64,000 bases of DNA from Octopus vulgaris. Taxonomy: Eukaryota. The notes below the pieces were generated by a model. The model was not told the origin of the DNA, searched no databases, and was given only the letters and a program-made list of their open reading frames with translations. This document shows, in pieces, positions 41,362-55,061 of this stretch (its first letter is position 1; each line of letters starts with the position of its first letter). The position numbers and the translations under genes are program-made. The DNA is taken from assembly GCA_951406725.2 (NCBI GenBank), contig OX597822.1, positions 71,796,001 through 71,860,000 on the forward strand, written 5' to 3'.

Positions 41362-41397
41362 CTTTTACGTTTCGAGCCAACGCTCTTCAGCAGAAAG
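41362..41397 (-). ncRNA. Minimal type I hammerhead-ribozyme-like motif, probably a solo PLE pseudo-LTR relic (~41270-41430)
   Basis: CTTT-CTGCTGAA-GAGC-gttg-GCTC-GAAAC-GTA-AAAG; loopless palindromic stem III (ACGT) as in PLE minimal HHRs. Confidence 0.6.
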
Positions 41398-42066
41398 GAA
41401 TAAGAGAAAATAAGCAGAGAGAAAGAATGAAAAAAAAAAAAAAAAACTTGTAGATTTCAGTGATATATACGACGGACTTCTTTCACTCAGAAGACATTAT
41501 TCGGCCAAGGGCTATAGTTGAAGACACTTGCTAAAGTTACCATGCAGTGGGATTGAACTCAAAACCATGCGGTGGCAAAACAAGCTTTTTGCCCACATGG
41601 CTACAGAATCAATCAACATCGAGACGAGGCACGACTAACATTATCGATTATCGCTTCGGAAAACGTACCCAGAGGGCCAGGGTTTTCGTACTAGTTTCTA
41701 TTTCCGGTTAAAGACATCTCATCTCAAGTACATTGCGAAAGGCTTTTAGGGAAATGCATGACTATCACAGCTTCTCTTTTTCTTCGGTTTATTTATTCGT
41801 TTTTTTTTTTTTAACTTCGTGAGCAAAATCAACTTTCACTTTTCTACATTAAATTGCGACTTATTTTAACCTACATCAAAATACCCGGTTTATTATTGCG
41901 CTAGAATGGAGGTGCAGGTGCGGTCGATATGTCTCTCTTTAGTTTATTTGCTGGTTCGGGAATATTACAGCTGTTTCCACCCTCAACACTCCACTGCCTT
42001 CACTGTTCAACCATTTTCCTTTTCAGCACTAAATAACGAACATTGCTTCATTGACTGCTTTTTAAT

Positions 42067-42265
42067 TACCACCACCACCACCACTACCACTACCACCACC
42101 ACCACCACCACCACCACCACAACTACTACAACTACCACCACCACCACCCAACCACCACTACTACTACCACTACCATCAATACTACTACTGCTATCACTAC
42201 TACTACAATTACTACTACTACCACCACCACTACTACTGTTACCACCACCACTACTACTACTGCTA
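42067..42265. repeat. (ACC/ACT)n trinucleotide repeat
   Basis: Direct reading. Confidence 0.95.
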
Positions 42266-42414
42266 CATGAATTTAGAGCACTTAGTCATACTTTGAAACG
42301 ACGAGGTCAAATCTGCATAACAAAATTATAGGCCAATACATGTATAACAAATACCATATAACATAAATTCTTGATTTATTAAAATCATCTCCGCCTCAAG
42401 AGCATGTGTCATAT

Positions 42415-42740
42415 TTACCAAATGGCAATGAAGATCTGCTCGTCTTGAGGAGAGGAGATAATCTTAGCGTCGTGATTCCATGAACCTGCATCTGTAAAGT
42501 CTTGCTTCAGTGTTGTTGGTAGAGCAACGTCTGCTATGACTTTAGAGACCGACACGGGAGTGATAGTACTGGCTGTAGCAACTATGTTTGAAAGTATTGC
42601 CTGTCAGTTTTATCCTGGTGTTGCTTTTCTCAATTTTACTCTTCTTCACTAGAAAGCTTCAGCCTTTCCTCACGCCTTTCTAAAGACCTGTCTAGTTCCT
42701 ACCGCCAACGGGACCAATCACTATCAATGCCCTCCCACTA
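42415..42740 (-). mobile_element. RTE-clade LINE 3' end fragment
   Basis: Minus-strand translation CYSQYYHSRVGL*SHSRRC resembles the RTE/BovB terminal motif CxxxCxSRIGLxSHxRxC. Confidence 0.6.
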
Positions 42741-42934
42741 GAAAGTTAATATCAGCTGTTACACTTAGCTCTAGGTCTGCCCTGATCGAGTAGGTCAATA
42801 ATGAAAGGTGTTCCAATCGTGATTATTCTGTCATTTATTCAGATAGTGTATTTGATGCCATATCATTCAATATGTCCTTCCTCCATTTTTAAGAAAGTAA
42901 AGTGTGATTTGAGGTTGAAATTTAACAGCTATTT

Positions 42935-43405
42935 AACGCCATGAAATTTTCCGATGCTCTAGCGATTCTGCCAGTTCGCCGCCTCAAACACTCATATTAT
43001 AATCCCCTCAGCTGTAAACGCAAGACCTGAAATTTTCGTGGGAGTGAGACGACTCGATTACATCGACCCCAGGGCTCAAATAGTAATTATTTTGTCGATA
43101 CCGAAAGAGATGAAAAGCAAAGTCGACCTCAGTGGAATTTGAACTCAGAACGTATAGACAGACGAAATAGCTATTTCTTTACTACCCACAAGGGACTAAA
43201 CACAGAAAGGACAAACAAGGACAGACAAACGGATTAAGTCGATTATATCGACCCCAGTGCGTAACTGGTACTTATTTAATCGACCCCGAAAGGATGAAAG
43301 GCAAAGTCGACCTCGGCGGAATTTGAACTCAGAACGTAGCGGCAGACGAAATACCCGCTAAGCATTTTGTCCGGCGTTCTAACGCTCCCGCCAAGTCACA
43401 CCACC
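42935..43405 (-). mobile_element. SINE family A multimer
   Basis: Tandem units of the family A consensus. Confidence 0.85.
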
Positions 43406-43696
43406 TAAACCATTCGTATTCTAATGCCTAGGTAGTCCTCCTGATCAAATAACTGGAATAGTGATTGTCGAAACCGACGGAGGATCCATTTACTTTTATT
43501 ATCATGACCGTCAACACAAGGCAATCATATCTTTCTCAAGAAACTTCGTTGAGTGAGCAACAAAATTACCACAGACCAAACTAGGTCACAAGTTAAACTT
43601 TACTGTATGACGCAGTTATTTTTATATTTTAAAATTTCTTTTGAAGATTGGCGGATATATAATTTAATGTAAAAATTAACAACAATAGATGAAATT

Positions 43697-44120
43697 CTTT
43701 TCTACTCTAGGCACAAGGCCTGAAATTTGGGGAAGGGGCCAGTTGATTAGATCGATACCAGTACGCAACTGGTACTTAATTTATCGACCCCGAAAAGGAC
43801 GAAAGGCAAAGTCGATCTCGGAATTTGAACTCAGAACGTAAAGACAGACGAAATATGCTAAGCATTTCGCCCGGCGTGCTAAGGCTTCTTAGTTCTTTAT
43901 TGCCTACAAGGGGCTAAACACAGAGGGGACAAACAAGGACAGGCAAACGGATTAAGTCGATTACATCGTCCCCAGTGCGTAACTGGTACTTAATTTATCG
44001 ACCCCGAAAGGATGAAAGGCAAAGTCGACCTCGGAGGAATTTGAACACAGAACGTAACGGCAGACGAAATACGGCTACGCATTTCGCCCGGCGTGCTAAC
44101 GTTTCTGCCAGCTCGCCGCC
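43697..44120 (-). mobile_element. SINE family A dimer with 21-bp TSD
   Basis: ttaacaacaatagatgaaatt at 43676-43696 and 44121-44141 flanks two tandem units. Confidence 0.93.
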
Positions 44121-44423
44121 TTAACAACAATAGATGAAATTGTCTTTCCCAAAAACAAATGCCTTAGTGAAGTTTGTATTCAGGAACAAGAGGCAGTTGA
44201 CAAGTCCAGTCATCAAATTATACTGAGTTTGTTTGTTTGTTTATTCATTTATTTATGTAATTATTTATTTTGAAGCGGGAAGAGGTGCTTAAACCAGAGC
44301 CACAAATGACTCGACATAGTAGTACTTGAACTCAATACAGTAGTTAATGAAACAATCAGCAATATCACAGTACTCCCACCCACTCTCTTTCTCTACTTAC
44401 ATGAATGAGTTGTAGTATGCTAT

Positions 44424-44715
<292 letters not shown>

Positions 44716-45454
44716 TGTATACTTAGCTCTAAATGAACTATCCAATCAGTTAGCTGAAGGTATCAAACTAGGCCCTAACACGTCTTATGGAAACGCTAGA
44801 AAAGTTGTTGCTGTCGTTATTGATGTTGTTTAGCCTCTAGTAAGCTAAACTCTGATCAAAGGCTTTTCAGCCATGATCATCCTGTTTGTTTATATGTCAA
44901 CGATATGAACTACATCGCCTAATGCAAATGGACGAGTTGTAGGAAGTTGTGCTAACTACATCTTTTCCGGAAACATTACTGGTGTAATTTAAATGGTCTG
45001 GAGTCTGGGCCCAAAATTGATTCCTAGAAAATTTACCTCTGCAGAAGCGTCATTAGTCACAAAGATAATTTTTCAACAAATAAAAAGTGACAAAAATAAC
45101 GCCAGATTTAAATAAAGGCTAGGCTCAGTGTGTTCCAGTATCATTGCAATGCAATGACTGAAACCAGTAAAATAAAAGAATTTAATAAACTTAAGAATTT
45201 AATAAGCTGATGGCTTTGCTGGGTGGAGGTGCTTATCTCCCCTTTTTGAAAACTTAAGGACACAGAAAGCTTGTGTCACGTAGCCAACTGGAAACGATGT
45301 TTCCTGGGGCTAAATAGCAGTAGCATTCTTCCCTTTCCTGAGACTGCCGCATTAAGTTAGCAACAAACCATCAGTTTAACGTGCTGCTACTGTATAAGTC
45401 TCCCTGAGAGATTTAGAAATGCAATATTTCTAATTATTATTTTTTTATATAAAA

Positions 45455-45665
45455 GGCGGCGAGCTGGCAGAACCGTTAGCACGCTGGGCGAAATGCGTAG
45501 CCGTATTTCGTCTGCTGTTACGTTCTGAGTTCAAATTCCGCCGAGATCGACTTTGCCTTTCATCCTTTCTGGGTCAATAAATTAAGTACCAGTTATGCAC
45601 TGGGATCGATATCTGTCCTTGTTTGTCCCCTCTGTGTTTAGCCCCTTATGGGTAGTAAAGAAATA
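45455..45665 (+). mobile_element. SINE family A monomer
   Basis: Matches family consensus. Confidence 0.9.
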
Positions 45666-45920
45666 ATAATTATTTTTATATTTGCAGTAGAAGTTGCATT
45701 CGATCCAGAGGAAAACCTGTTTCTCATCTCCTTGGGTTTGTTATGAACATGAAGACGCACATGACCGGAGTTTAATCCGGTTTTCATATTCCGGCGAATA
45801 AGTAACCGGGATCCCAACATTTTCCTATTGTACGGAACATCTATCCGTCATAGAGTTAACTTCCCGTCTATTGCTGGAACTCATTACACCTGCATTAACT
45901 GGAGCAACGTCAAATGACGA

Positions 45921-46215
45921 GTGAAGGCGCGTGGTTTAGTGGTTAGCGTACTTCGCTCCGGATCGTAAGGCCGCGAGTTCGATTCCTGGCGGTGCGTTAT
46001 GCTGAGCAAGACATTTTTTTTCAAATTGCTCCAGTGCATTCGGTTGGAAAAAAAGGGGGTTGTACCTGTAATTCAAAGGGGGCCAGCCTTGTTACATTCT
46101 GTATCACGCTGAATCTACCTGAGAACTACATTAAGGGTACTTGTGCGTTGGTTTCACGAACCGGCTGTTCTATTAATCGGATCAACTGCAACTCTCTTCG
46201 TCGTAACCGACGGAG
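45921..46215 (+). mobile_element. SINE family D (tRNA-like head); other copies 48358-48654(-), 49490-49735(+)
   Basis: gtgaaggcgcgtggtttagtggttag..gagttcgattcc..tgagcaagac..gtaattcaaaggggccagccttg. Confidence 0.8.
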
Positions 46216-47050
46216 ATCCATTCTTTTTTTTTTTTTTTGCGTGAAATGAAGTTTCGCTCAAGAATACTACGCACCACCTGATCATACGAAGGTAAGTGCA
46301 ATACTTTAATAAACCCAGCCATGCATCTTCACTGCTCAACTGTTTAGCAGAACAAAATCTGTAAAGGTACAAGCCTTTGTGGTTATGGTCTGTGTGTTTT
46401 CATCAAAACCCCTGGGTTAATAGAGTATAATTAATTAAAAAAATTACATTCATGGTTTTCTGGAGGTATTACTGAGTCTTTACGTAAGCGTTTAACTATG
46501 ATGTTTTGGGCATTCACACGTGGTTGAATATTAAGCTGTGGTGTGTAGACGATTTAGCTGAAACCGACAATCGCAAATTGAGCTAGTTTGTATAATCATA
46601 AACTGTGACAAGAATGCACACTAATTTGTGGGTGGTATACAAAGTGGATTCTTCCATACCAGACACGATCACAGTTGAGAGTTTATGCTTTGCTGCCCAT
46701 TACAGAAACACTCATTAAATACATGATATATCACGTGACCGACCAGGCTGTCAGATGCTGCTACACAATGCATTGTTTTAGCCTTCAAATGACGCCACCA
46801 CGCTGGCTAAGCGAGCAGGCCAACAGAAGAAAGAGTGAGAGAAAGTTGTGGCGAATGAGTACAGCAGGGTTTGCCACTACCCCACTGCTAGAGTCTCGTG
46901 GAATTTTAGGTGTTTTCGCTCAATAAACACTCACAACGCCCAGTCTGAGAATCGAAACCGCTATCCTACGACCGCGAATCCGCTGCTCTAACCACTGGGC
47001 CATTGCGCCTCCACCTGATATATATTTTGCTGTAAATATTTTTATAGTTT

Positions 47051-47740
47051 AGGCGGGGAGTCGGCAGGATTGTTAGCACACCGGATAAAATGCTTAGCAG
47101 CACTTCGTCCGGCGTACTGGCAAAATCGTTAGCACGCCGGTCAAAATGTTTAGTAGCATTTCATCAATCTACACGTTCCGAGTTCAAATTCCGTCGAGAT
47201 TGACATTGCCATTCATCTTTTCGGGCCCGATGAAATAAGTACCAGTTAAACACTGGGGTTGATGTAATCCACTTACAACCCACCTCCAAAACTGCTTGCC
47301 TTATATAAAAAATTTGAAAGGCGGCAGAATCGAGCTGGTAGAATCGTTACCGTGCTAGACAAAAGGCTTAGCGGCATTTCGTCTGTCTTTACGTTCTGAG
47401 TTCAAATTTTACCCTAGTCGGCTTTGCCTTTCTTCCTTTCGGGATCGATAAAATAAGTACCAGTTAAACACTGGGTTCGATGTAATCTACTTACACCTCC
47501 CCCACCTCAAAAACTGCTTGCCTTATATCAAAAATTTGAAAGGCAGCAGAATTGAGCTGGTAGAATCGTTACCGTGCTAGACAAAAGGCTTAGCGGCATT
47601 TTGTCTGTTTTTTACGTTCTGAGTTCAAATTTCACACTGGTCGGCTTTGCCTTTCGTCGTTTCGATGAAATTAGGACCAGTTACGCACTGATATCGATTT
47701 AATCGAGTAACCCCATTCCCTAAAATTTCAGGCCTTGTAT
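47051..47740 (+). mobile_element. Tandem array of about three family A-related SINE units
   Basis: Repeated linker aactgcttgccttatat..aaaatttgaaaggc with ~240-bp period. Confidence 0.85.
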
Positions 47741-48730
47741 CGATTGTTTTTATTTATTTTAGTTATGCACCCTTTTCAAGCCTAGCCAGGCTCATGGGCC
47801 CGATTTCCCGGTTTCTGTGGCGTATGTGTTCCCCCCAGCTGGACAGGACGCCTGTCCATCGCAGCGTTACCCTAGAAACAGGAAGAAAGGGTGAGAGAAA
47901 GTTAAGGCGAAAGAGTACAACAGGGGTCGCAACCACCACCACTGCCGGAGCCTCGTGTAGCTTTAGGTGTTTTCGCTCAATAAACACACACAACGCTCGA
48001 TGTGGGAATCGAAACTGTGATCCTCCACTATTGTAGAAAAGATAAAGCTATGGGTTGGCAGAATCATTATTATACTGGATAAAATGCTTAGCAAGATTTC
48101 TTCCGGTTCTTTACATTCTGAGTTCAAACCCACCAAGGTCAGCTTTGACTTTCATCCTTTCGGGGGTCGATAAAACATTACATGCCAAGTACTAGGATCG
48201 ATGTGACCTCAAAAATTGCTGACCTTGTATCCAAAGTTAGAATAGTTATTTGTTTAACTTTCATTCTGTACAGGAATCGAGGCTGCGATGCGGTTTCAAT
48301 TTGAGATTGAAACGATTTTACCCACTTACACTAATGTTGTTGCTTATTGATACTCCATCCGTTGTGACAACGAGGGTTACAGTTGATCCAATAAACGGAA
48401 CAGCCTCCTCATGAAATTAACATGCAAGTGACTGTGTACTCCACAGACACTCATATCCTTAACGTAGTTCTCAGGGAGATTCAGCGTAACACAGAATGTG
48501 ACAAGGCTGGCTCCTTTTGAATTACAGCTGAGTGAACTGAAGCAACATGAAATGAAATGTCTTGCTGAATGGCATAACACACTGCCGGAAATCGAGCTCA
48601 CGGCCTTACGATCGTGTGTCGAATACCCTAACCTCTAAGCTACGCGCCTTCAGTGCTGCTGTTTAGAAAGGCTGGGCAACCTAGCGTTTTCTCCTTCGCT
48701 CATAGCGTCTTGGTGTAGAAAAGAAAACAA

Positions 48731-48972
48731 GGCGGCGAGCTGGCAGAAACGTTAGCACGCCGGGCGAAATGCTTAGCGACATTTCGTCTGCCGTTACGTT
48801 CCGAGTTCAAATTCCGCCGAGGTCGACTGTGTCTTTCATCCTTACGGGGTCGATAAATTAAGTACCAGTTACGCACTGGGATCGATGTAATCGACTTAAT
48901 ACCTTTGTCTGTCCTTGTCTGTCCTTGTTTGTCTCCTCTATGTTTAGCCCCTTGTGGGCAATAAAGAAATAG
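48731..48972 (+). mobile_element. SINE family A monomer with TSD aaaagaaaacaa
   Basis: Consensus match; flanking direct repeat. Confidence 0.9.
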
Positions 48973-50116
48973 GTATATAAAAGAAAACAAAATTAACAGA
49001 GATCAGAAACACAGCCATAGCTGCGCCAATAGCTGTGAAGCAGATAAGAGTTAAACGCACTGAGGAAAAGAATGGGTTAAAGTTTCTATAGGATATATAA
49101 TGCAAATGAAACTTAGGACCAAATCTTCATGACGTGACAGACTTAATGATAACAAAATATGATTTGCAATGATACTGGTTAGATACTAGTTTTACTAGTG
49201 ATTTCAAATTATCAGACTTTTATCGACATCTTTTGACTTTTCAATTGATACGTGTCCAAAATATTATTCAGTTCAGAAATTAATGTTTATCATCTTGCGT
49301 TCAAAGACCATCATAGACAGATAAAGTTCTCAGTATTTCTAAATAGAAAAAAGTGGGTTCTCTATTTGAATGTTTATTTCGTAAGAATCTTGTAAAATAT
49401 GAAACTAATTTAAATAGTTCCCGATTTATAATTGAAATTAAACACGCACACAGAGCTCTTTGTGTAGATCTATCCACACATCCATCTACAGTGAAGGTGC
49501 GTGGCTTACTGGTTAGAGATGTTGCGCTCACGATACTGCAGTCGAGGTTTCGAACCACAGACCGGGCAGTACGATTTGTTCTTGAGCAATACACTTCATT
49601 TCATGTTGCTCGAGTCCAGCCAGCTGTAAATGGGTGAACCTTGCGACGGCGTAGTCAAAAGCTAATACGACGCTAAGCGCATTGTGACCAGCCATGCATA
49701 ACAACATCCGGTAGTCTGGTCGGTCACGTGATATATATGCATACATGTGTGTACGTGGGTTGTGACTATAGCTTGACAACCGGTGTTGACTGGATTACGT
49801 CATCGATTCGACAGAAAAAAAGGATATAGAATACTACTAGACTTAGAAAGGTAATGCGGCCGACTTCAAGGCAGTGCCCCAGTATGGCCGTGGTTCAATG
49901 ACTGAACCACGCAAAGGACAAAAGAAAAATGTTTTGTTTATCAAAATATTAGGCACTGCATAAGTCGCTGATCGGCCCGAAGATAAGGTAGACAACATTT
50001 GAAATGTTCCGTGCAGTGAGATTGAACCTGAAATCCCGCAGTTGCAAAACCGTAAATAATAGTTTAGTAATCGTGAAATGACAGATTTTCTTAGAAAAAT
50101 CGAAAATGTGTTTTTG

Positions 50117-50163
<47 letters not shown>

Positions 50164-50476
50164 TATTAGGGAATAAAAATTCCGGCGTCACAGGGATTCA
50201 AATAAATTGAATTATTCTCGATAAGGAAATATATGTTATTTAGAGATAGAAGTCCCCATGCAATTCATCAAATCCTAATATACATCACACCATATCATAG
50301 AATTTTATTTTAATACTCACTATATCAGTTCCAAATTTCTCATTATACACACACAATACGTAAAAATACCGTATATCTTAAAAGGATAATATGGGGTGTT
50401 GTGACGTTAATGCTTTCAATTAAGTTGTATGAACTCGGTAAAGTATATGTTTCAAGCAGAAATAGCAACCATATAT

Positions 50477-51297
50477 GGCGGCGAGCTGGCGGAACCGTTA
50501 GCACGCCGGGCGAAATGCTTAGCAGTATTTCGTCTGCCGCTACGTTCTGAGTTCAAATTCCGCCGAGGCCGACTTTGCTTTTCATCCTTTCGGGGTCGAT
50601 TAAATAAGTACCAGTTACGCAATGGCGTCGATATAATCGACTTAATCCGTTTGTCTCCTCTGTGTGTAGCCCCATATATTGCAGCTTTCGCAAGTTGGAA
50701 ATAGCATTGGAAGAGGTATCTGTTCGATATTTCGACTATAATGAATAGTAAAATATTGATTTCAAATTTTAGTGGGAGTCCGATAGGATGAAAGGCAAAG
50801 TCGACCTCGGCTGAATTTGAACTCAGAACGCAACTGCAGACGAAATGCTTCAAGGCATTTTTTGTCCAGCGTGCAAACAATTCTGCCAGTAAGATATACG
50901 TTTCTACTCAAGACACAAGGCCCGAAATTTGTGGGGAGGGGACCAGTCAATTAGTTCGATTCCAGTATGCAACTGGTACTTAATTTATCGACCACGAAAG
51001 TCGATCTCGGCGGAATTTGAACTCAGAACGTAACGGCAGACGAAATACCTATTTCTTTACTACCCATAAGGGGCTAAACACAGAGAGGACAAACAAGGAC
51101 AGACGAACGGATTAAGTCGATTATATCGACCCCAGTGCGTAACTGGTACTTATTTAATCGACCCCGAAAGGATGAAAGGCAAAGTCGACCTCGGCGGAAT
51201 TTGAACTCAGAACGTAACGGCAGACGAAATACCGCTAAGCATTTTGTCCTGCGTGTTAACGATTCTGCCAGCTCGCCGCCCTCTGCCAGTAAGATAT
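50477..51297. mobile_element. Cluster of family A SINEs: plus copy 50477-50672, and a minus dimer 50898-51281 inserted at the head of another minus copy
   Basis: TSD tctgccagtaagatat at 50882-50897 and 51282-51297. Confidence 0.9.
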
Positions 51298-52823
51298 TGA
51301 CATACATAGATGGAAGAGCATAATAATGGAATGTGTACGAGACATTTTAGCACAGTAGTTTTGGTGCTACCTATTTGACATCCCCTTCTGTGTGAACATA
51401 TTTCACATTATGTGCAAGAGAAGAGAGAAAAGTGGGTATGTCAATCGTGTTGATAAATTATAATGTCTATCGCGTGACTGCGTTTACGTGTAGCTAGAAA
51501 TAGTACTGTTGCTAAAACAGTGTCCAGTCAGCCGTGCCACACGTCAGCGTCCAGACAACTGCACCTAATGGTTTCGTTCCGCACTGTAATAATGGCATTT
51601 GATGTAAGAGAAACAAAACTGTTTAAGGAAATTGTTTCTGTAAATGAGTTTTAAAAAATTTATCAAGAATTTCTCCGCCGACGGCAGAAAGACCGTTCTC
51701 TCTGTGTTGCATAATCATTGAAATTGTTTTATTCTTAAAAATTATATGAAAATAAAATTTTAATGAAAAAAATTGCACACTAAACAGATTACAAAGTCAA
51801 CGCTGAAATATTGGTTTTAACATTCTAAGATTGTTAATAAAAAAAATTATTAGTGATTATATTAAGTGGCAAGGAAAAGTATACGACAACTAAGTTTTTT
51901 TTTTTTTTTAATGAAAAAAAAAAAAAGATTTGTTTCTATTTGCTGATGTAAGGTGATATGTAGCCACTTATTCTAATTTCTAGATAAAGTTGGTGAGAGA
52001 TACAAATTTATTGGGAGTTGTATCAGAGAGAAATTTAATAACTCAGCACTGTGAGCCAACGAAAGTTACATTACTCCTGTTTACAACGTTGAATTTGCAT
52101 CTCTTTCGGTACATATTTCAAGGCTACGTTGGCTGAGTTGTCGAGATAGCCGGAGAGACATGCCAATAAGGAGATAATACACTATCATTAAAAACACACA
52201 CAGAAGCTTAATAACTACAGTTGCTTCCCTTTTCTGCTAGAGTGTGAAATTCAAACTTACGAAAGCGAAACTGACGTCTCGAATTATTAATTTGAAGTAT
52301 ATTTAAAATTGGCGGTATAGTTTCAATCTCGCTAGGACTTACCCAACAGTGCCTACCAAATTTCATGTTCGATTTTTAAGGTAAATGACGGCCACACTCA
52401 ACTGGTCCGAGGTTTATTTTCATGGCTTAAATTACAATTACGTCTAAAATATTGAGTAAATTATTCTATACGAGTAATCTATCAGCTGTAGTTTTTGTAT
52501 CTGGTTTGCAAGATTCTTTATATGAATTCGTGTGTTCAAACAAATTTTGTTGCTTGCGGGAGAGCCATAGTGCCTTCATATGACACTTGATTTTTTATTG
52601 CTCACAAGGGGGCCAACACAGAGGGGAAAATACAATCCGATTTTGGGGTCAGATACACGAATGGGAATACACACACAAAAAAAAATCACTTTAAAAATTT
52701 AACACAAGATAAATGATTGGAATTTGAACCGGTGAATGTTATACTAAGGCACTATGACTCCCCAAACAAAATAAGCTGTAGTGTTTTTATTATTGGCATT
52801 GATTTTTGTTTTAAGGCGAACGA

Positions 52824-53210
52824 GGATCTTTTCGGTTTGAACGGCAGTTTTTTCTAGCGGTGTCATATGAAATTGTCACCCATAATTATAACCCTAGAAT
52901 CGATCTATTGCATTTTAATCTCTTTTAGGGTGAGGGTATCTTTTTTTTCTTCACAAATGTGAATAAACCCAATCTGTTTCTTAAACGAGGGACATATTCA
53001 TACAGCATAGAATGCTTTTTAACTCAATAGACGTCACTGATTGGTTGAAATTGAAGAAAAAAAACAACAAATATCTTACAAACTATAGAATTTTCTCAAA
53101 GCCAAGAGAGAAAGATGTTTTATAAGCACATTCTACCAGTATACTAAGTTGAAAATTTTTTAGTTACCTAGAAATTATGTTAAAAACTGCCGTTCAAATC
53201 GAAAAGATCC
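52824..53210. mobile_element. MITE with 29-bp TIRs and 8-bp TSD (Merlin-like)
   Basis: TIRs ggatcttttcggtttgaacggcagttttt / aaaaactgccgttcaaatcgaaaagatcc (1 mismatch); exact TSD gcgaacga at 52816-52823 and 53211-53218. Confidence 0.92.
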
Positions 53211-53385
53211 GCGAACGATCCATTGTAACAAGAGAGATTGTAAACACGCTCTGCTATAGACATGCGGAAAAGAACTTCAGTGTCAATTCATACTGTTCAG
53301 CAACTTGTCACAAATGTCAAACTTATTAGGTTACAAACACACAAAAAAAAAAAATAATAATAATAACTATCAATAATTCTATTCT

Positions 53386-53465
53386 GTGGAGGCGCAATGG
53401 CCCAGTGGTTAGGGCAGCGGACTCGCGGTCGGAGGATTACGGTTTTGATTCCCAGTTCGGGCGTG

Positions 53466-53505
<40 letters not shown>

Positions 53506-53706
53506 ATTGAGCGAAAGCACCTAAAGCTCCACGAGGCTCCGGCAGGGGGTGGTGGCGACCCCTGTTGTACTCTTTCGCCTCAACTTTCTCTCACTCTTCC
53601 TGTTTCTTGAGTAACGCTGCCATAGACTGGCGTCCCGTCCGGGTGGTGGGGAACACATACGCCATAGAAACCGGGCCCATGAGCCTGGCTAGGCTTGGAA
53701 AGGGCT
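53386..53706 (+). mobile_element. SINE family C (tRNA-like head, Meta-like domain, poly-A tail); other copies 40961-41250(+), 47768-48025(-), 46825-47014(-), related 25607-25870(-)
   Basis: ggaggcgcaatggcccagtggttagggcagcggactcgcgg head; ctgcgatggactggcgtcccgtcc..gaaaccggg domain. Confidence 0.85.
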
Positions 53707-55061
53707 GAAAAAAAAAAAAAAAAAAAAAAAAAGGATTCTATAACGTATCTGATCACTCTCTATAAAGTTCTTAGAATTAAGTACTTCGTTCATGACACCA
53801 CGACACTATAATCCTACGGGAGAGATTAGTTTTGATTATTTCACTATAGCTGGGCATACCAACTATAAAATGCAAATAATATTAAGATGTCAATTGTAAA
53901 ATGCATTTGGTGTGAGAATTTTAGAGCCTAAGATGAAAATTGGAAGCATTTACGAGGATTTGTTATGGGGGAGAGGGGGATTAAATTTGGCTGTTGCAGA
54001 TTCGATAGAGTGTAAAGAAAACTGTATGGACTTGTTTAACCCACTAGAATTCAGATTACTGTTTGATGTAATATTTATTCACATGGTTTTGAATTATTCA
54101 TGCATTATCTTGTAGTTTAGAGATTTCGAGGAGGTGATTGTTTTTAAAATGACAATGTAGGGTAGGAGTGAAAGGCCAAATCTGGCTAGTTTGAACATAA
54201 AAGAACATTATTCTCTCCTTTGCTACGACATTCGTTAATTCAGACGAATCTCAATTCAGCAGGCCTATAACAAAGGTTTGCAAGCTGGATTTTCTATTTA
54301 CAGGACGAATTTTCCAACATGCGCTTTCTCATTTACCACAGTATGGTCAGATTTGAGAGATTTAGCCACTGTTGCTACAGAGCTAAGAGTTCCTTGAAAG
54401 ATCCCTTGTAGACCGTTAACTTATGAAGATGCAGATCCTATATTTTCAAGTCCTCAGACTGGAGAACAACAACAAAAGCGGAATTTGTAAATTTTTAATT
54501 TTGTTGTTGGAGAGAAGGATAAGGAAAATTTGATGTAGAACGACGCCTGGTGAGAATGGGGAGATAATTGGCGGCTAAAAAAAAAAAAAGCATGCCTCGA
54601 ATTACACCTTTGAGGATTTTATAGAAGTATAAAAAAATACATCGGTGACAAAGCTACCAAATAGAGAGTAGTGAACCATTTCTCAGTCTTCTAGAAAAAA
54701 AATCTTTACAGCTGCAACTAAACAGTTCAGCCATCAAATTCTTCCAATTAAAGCTTTAAAAGGCTGATTAGACAATATTGTGAATATATGGCAGCCATTT
54801 TTTTTTGTTTTAATTTCCACACTCGACATTTATCTTGGTGTTCTAGCCAAACTTCGAAGCTTCATGTAGTTGATAATTTACACGTAGGAAATTAGTGAAA
54901 TTAAAGGGTTTCTCGTAGGTTAGTTAAAAATAAAATGTCTAACGAGACGTCTTAATTTTCCACTTTATTGCAATCTTTTTAACAGGAAAGTACTCATGAA
55001 AAATGTAGTTCCAAAAGAAAAATATGTAAGTTCCATACGATTAAAGTCGTTTAATTTCAGA

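Noticed and set aside
53386-53460. tRNA-like sequences at SINE heads (also 45921, 40961, 26509)
   Set aside because: No complete cloverleaf; they continue into SINE bodies, so they are not tRNA genes.
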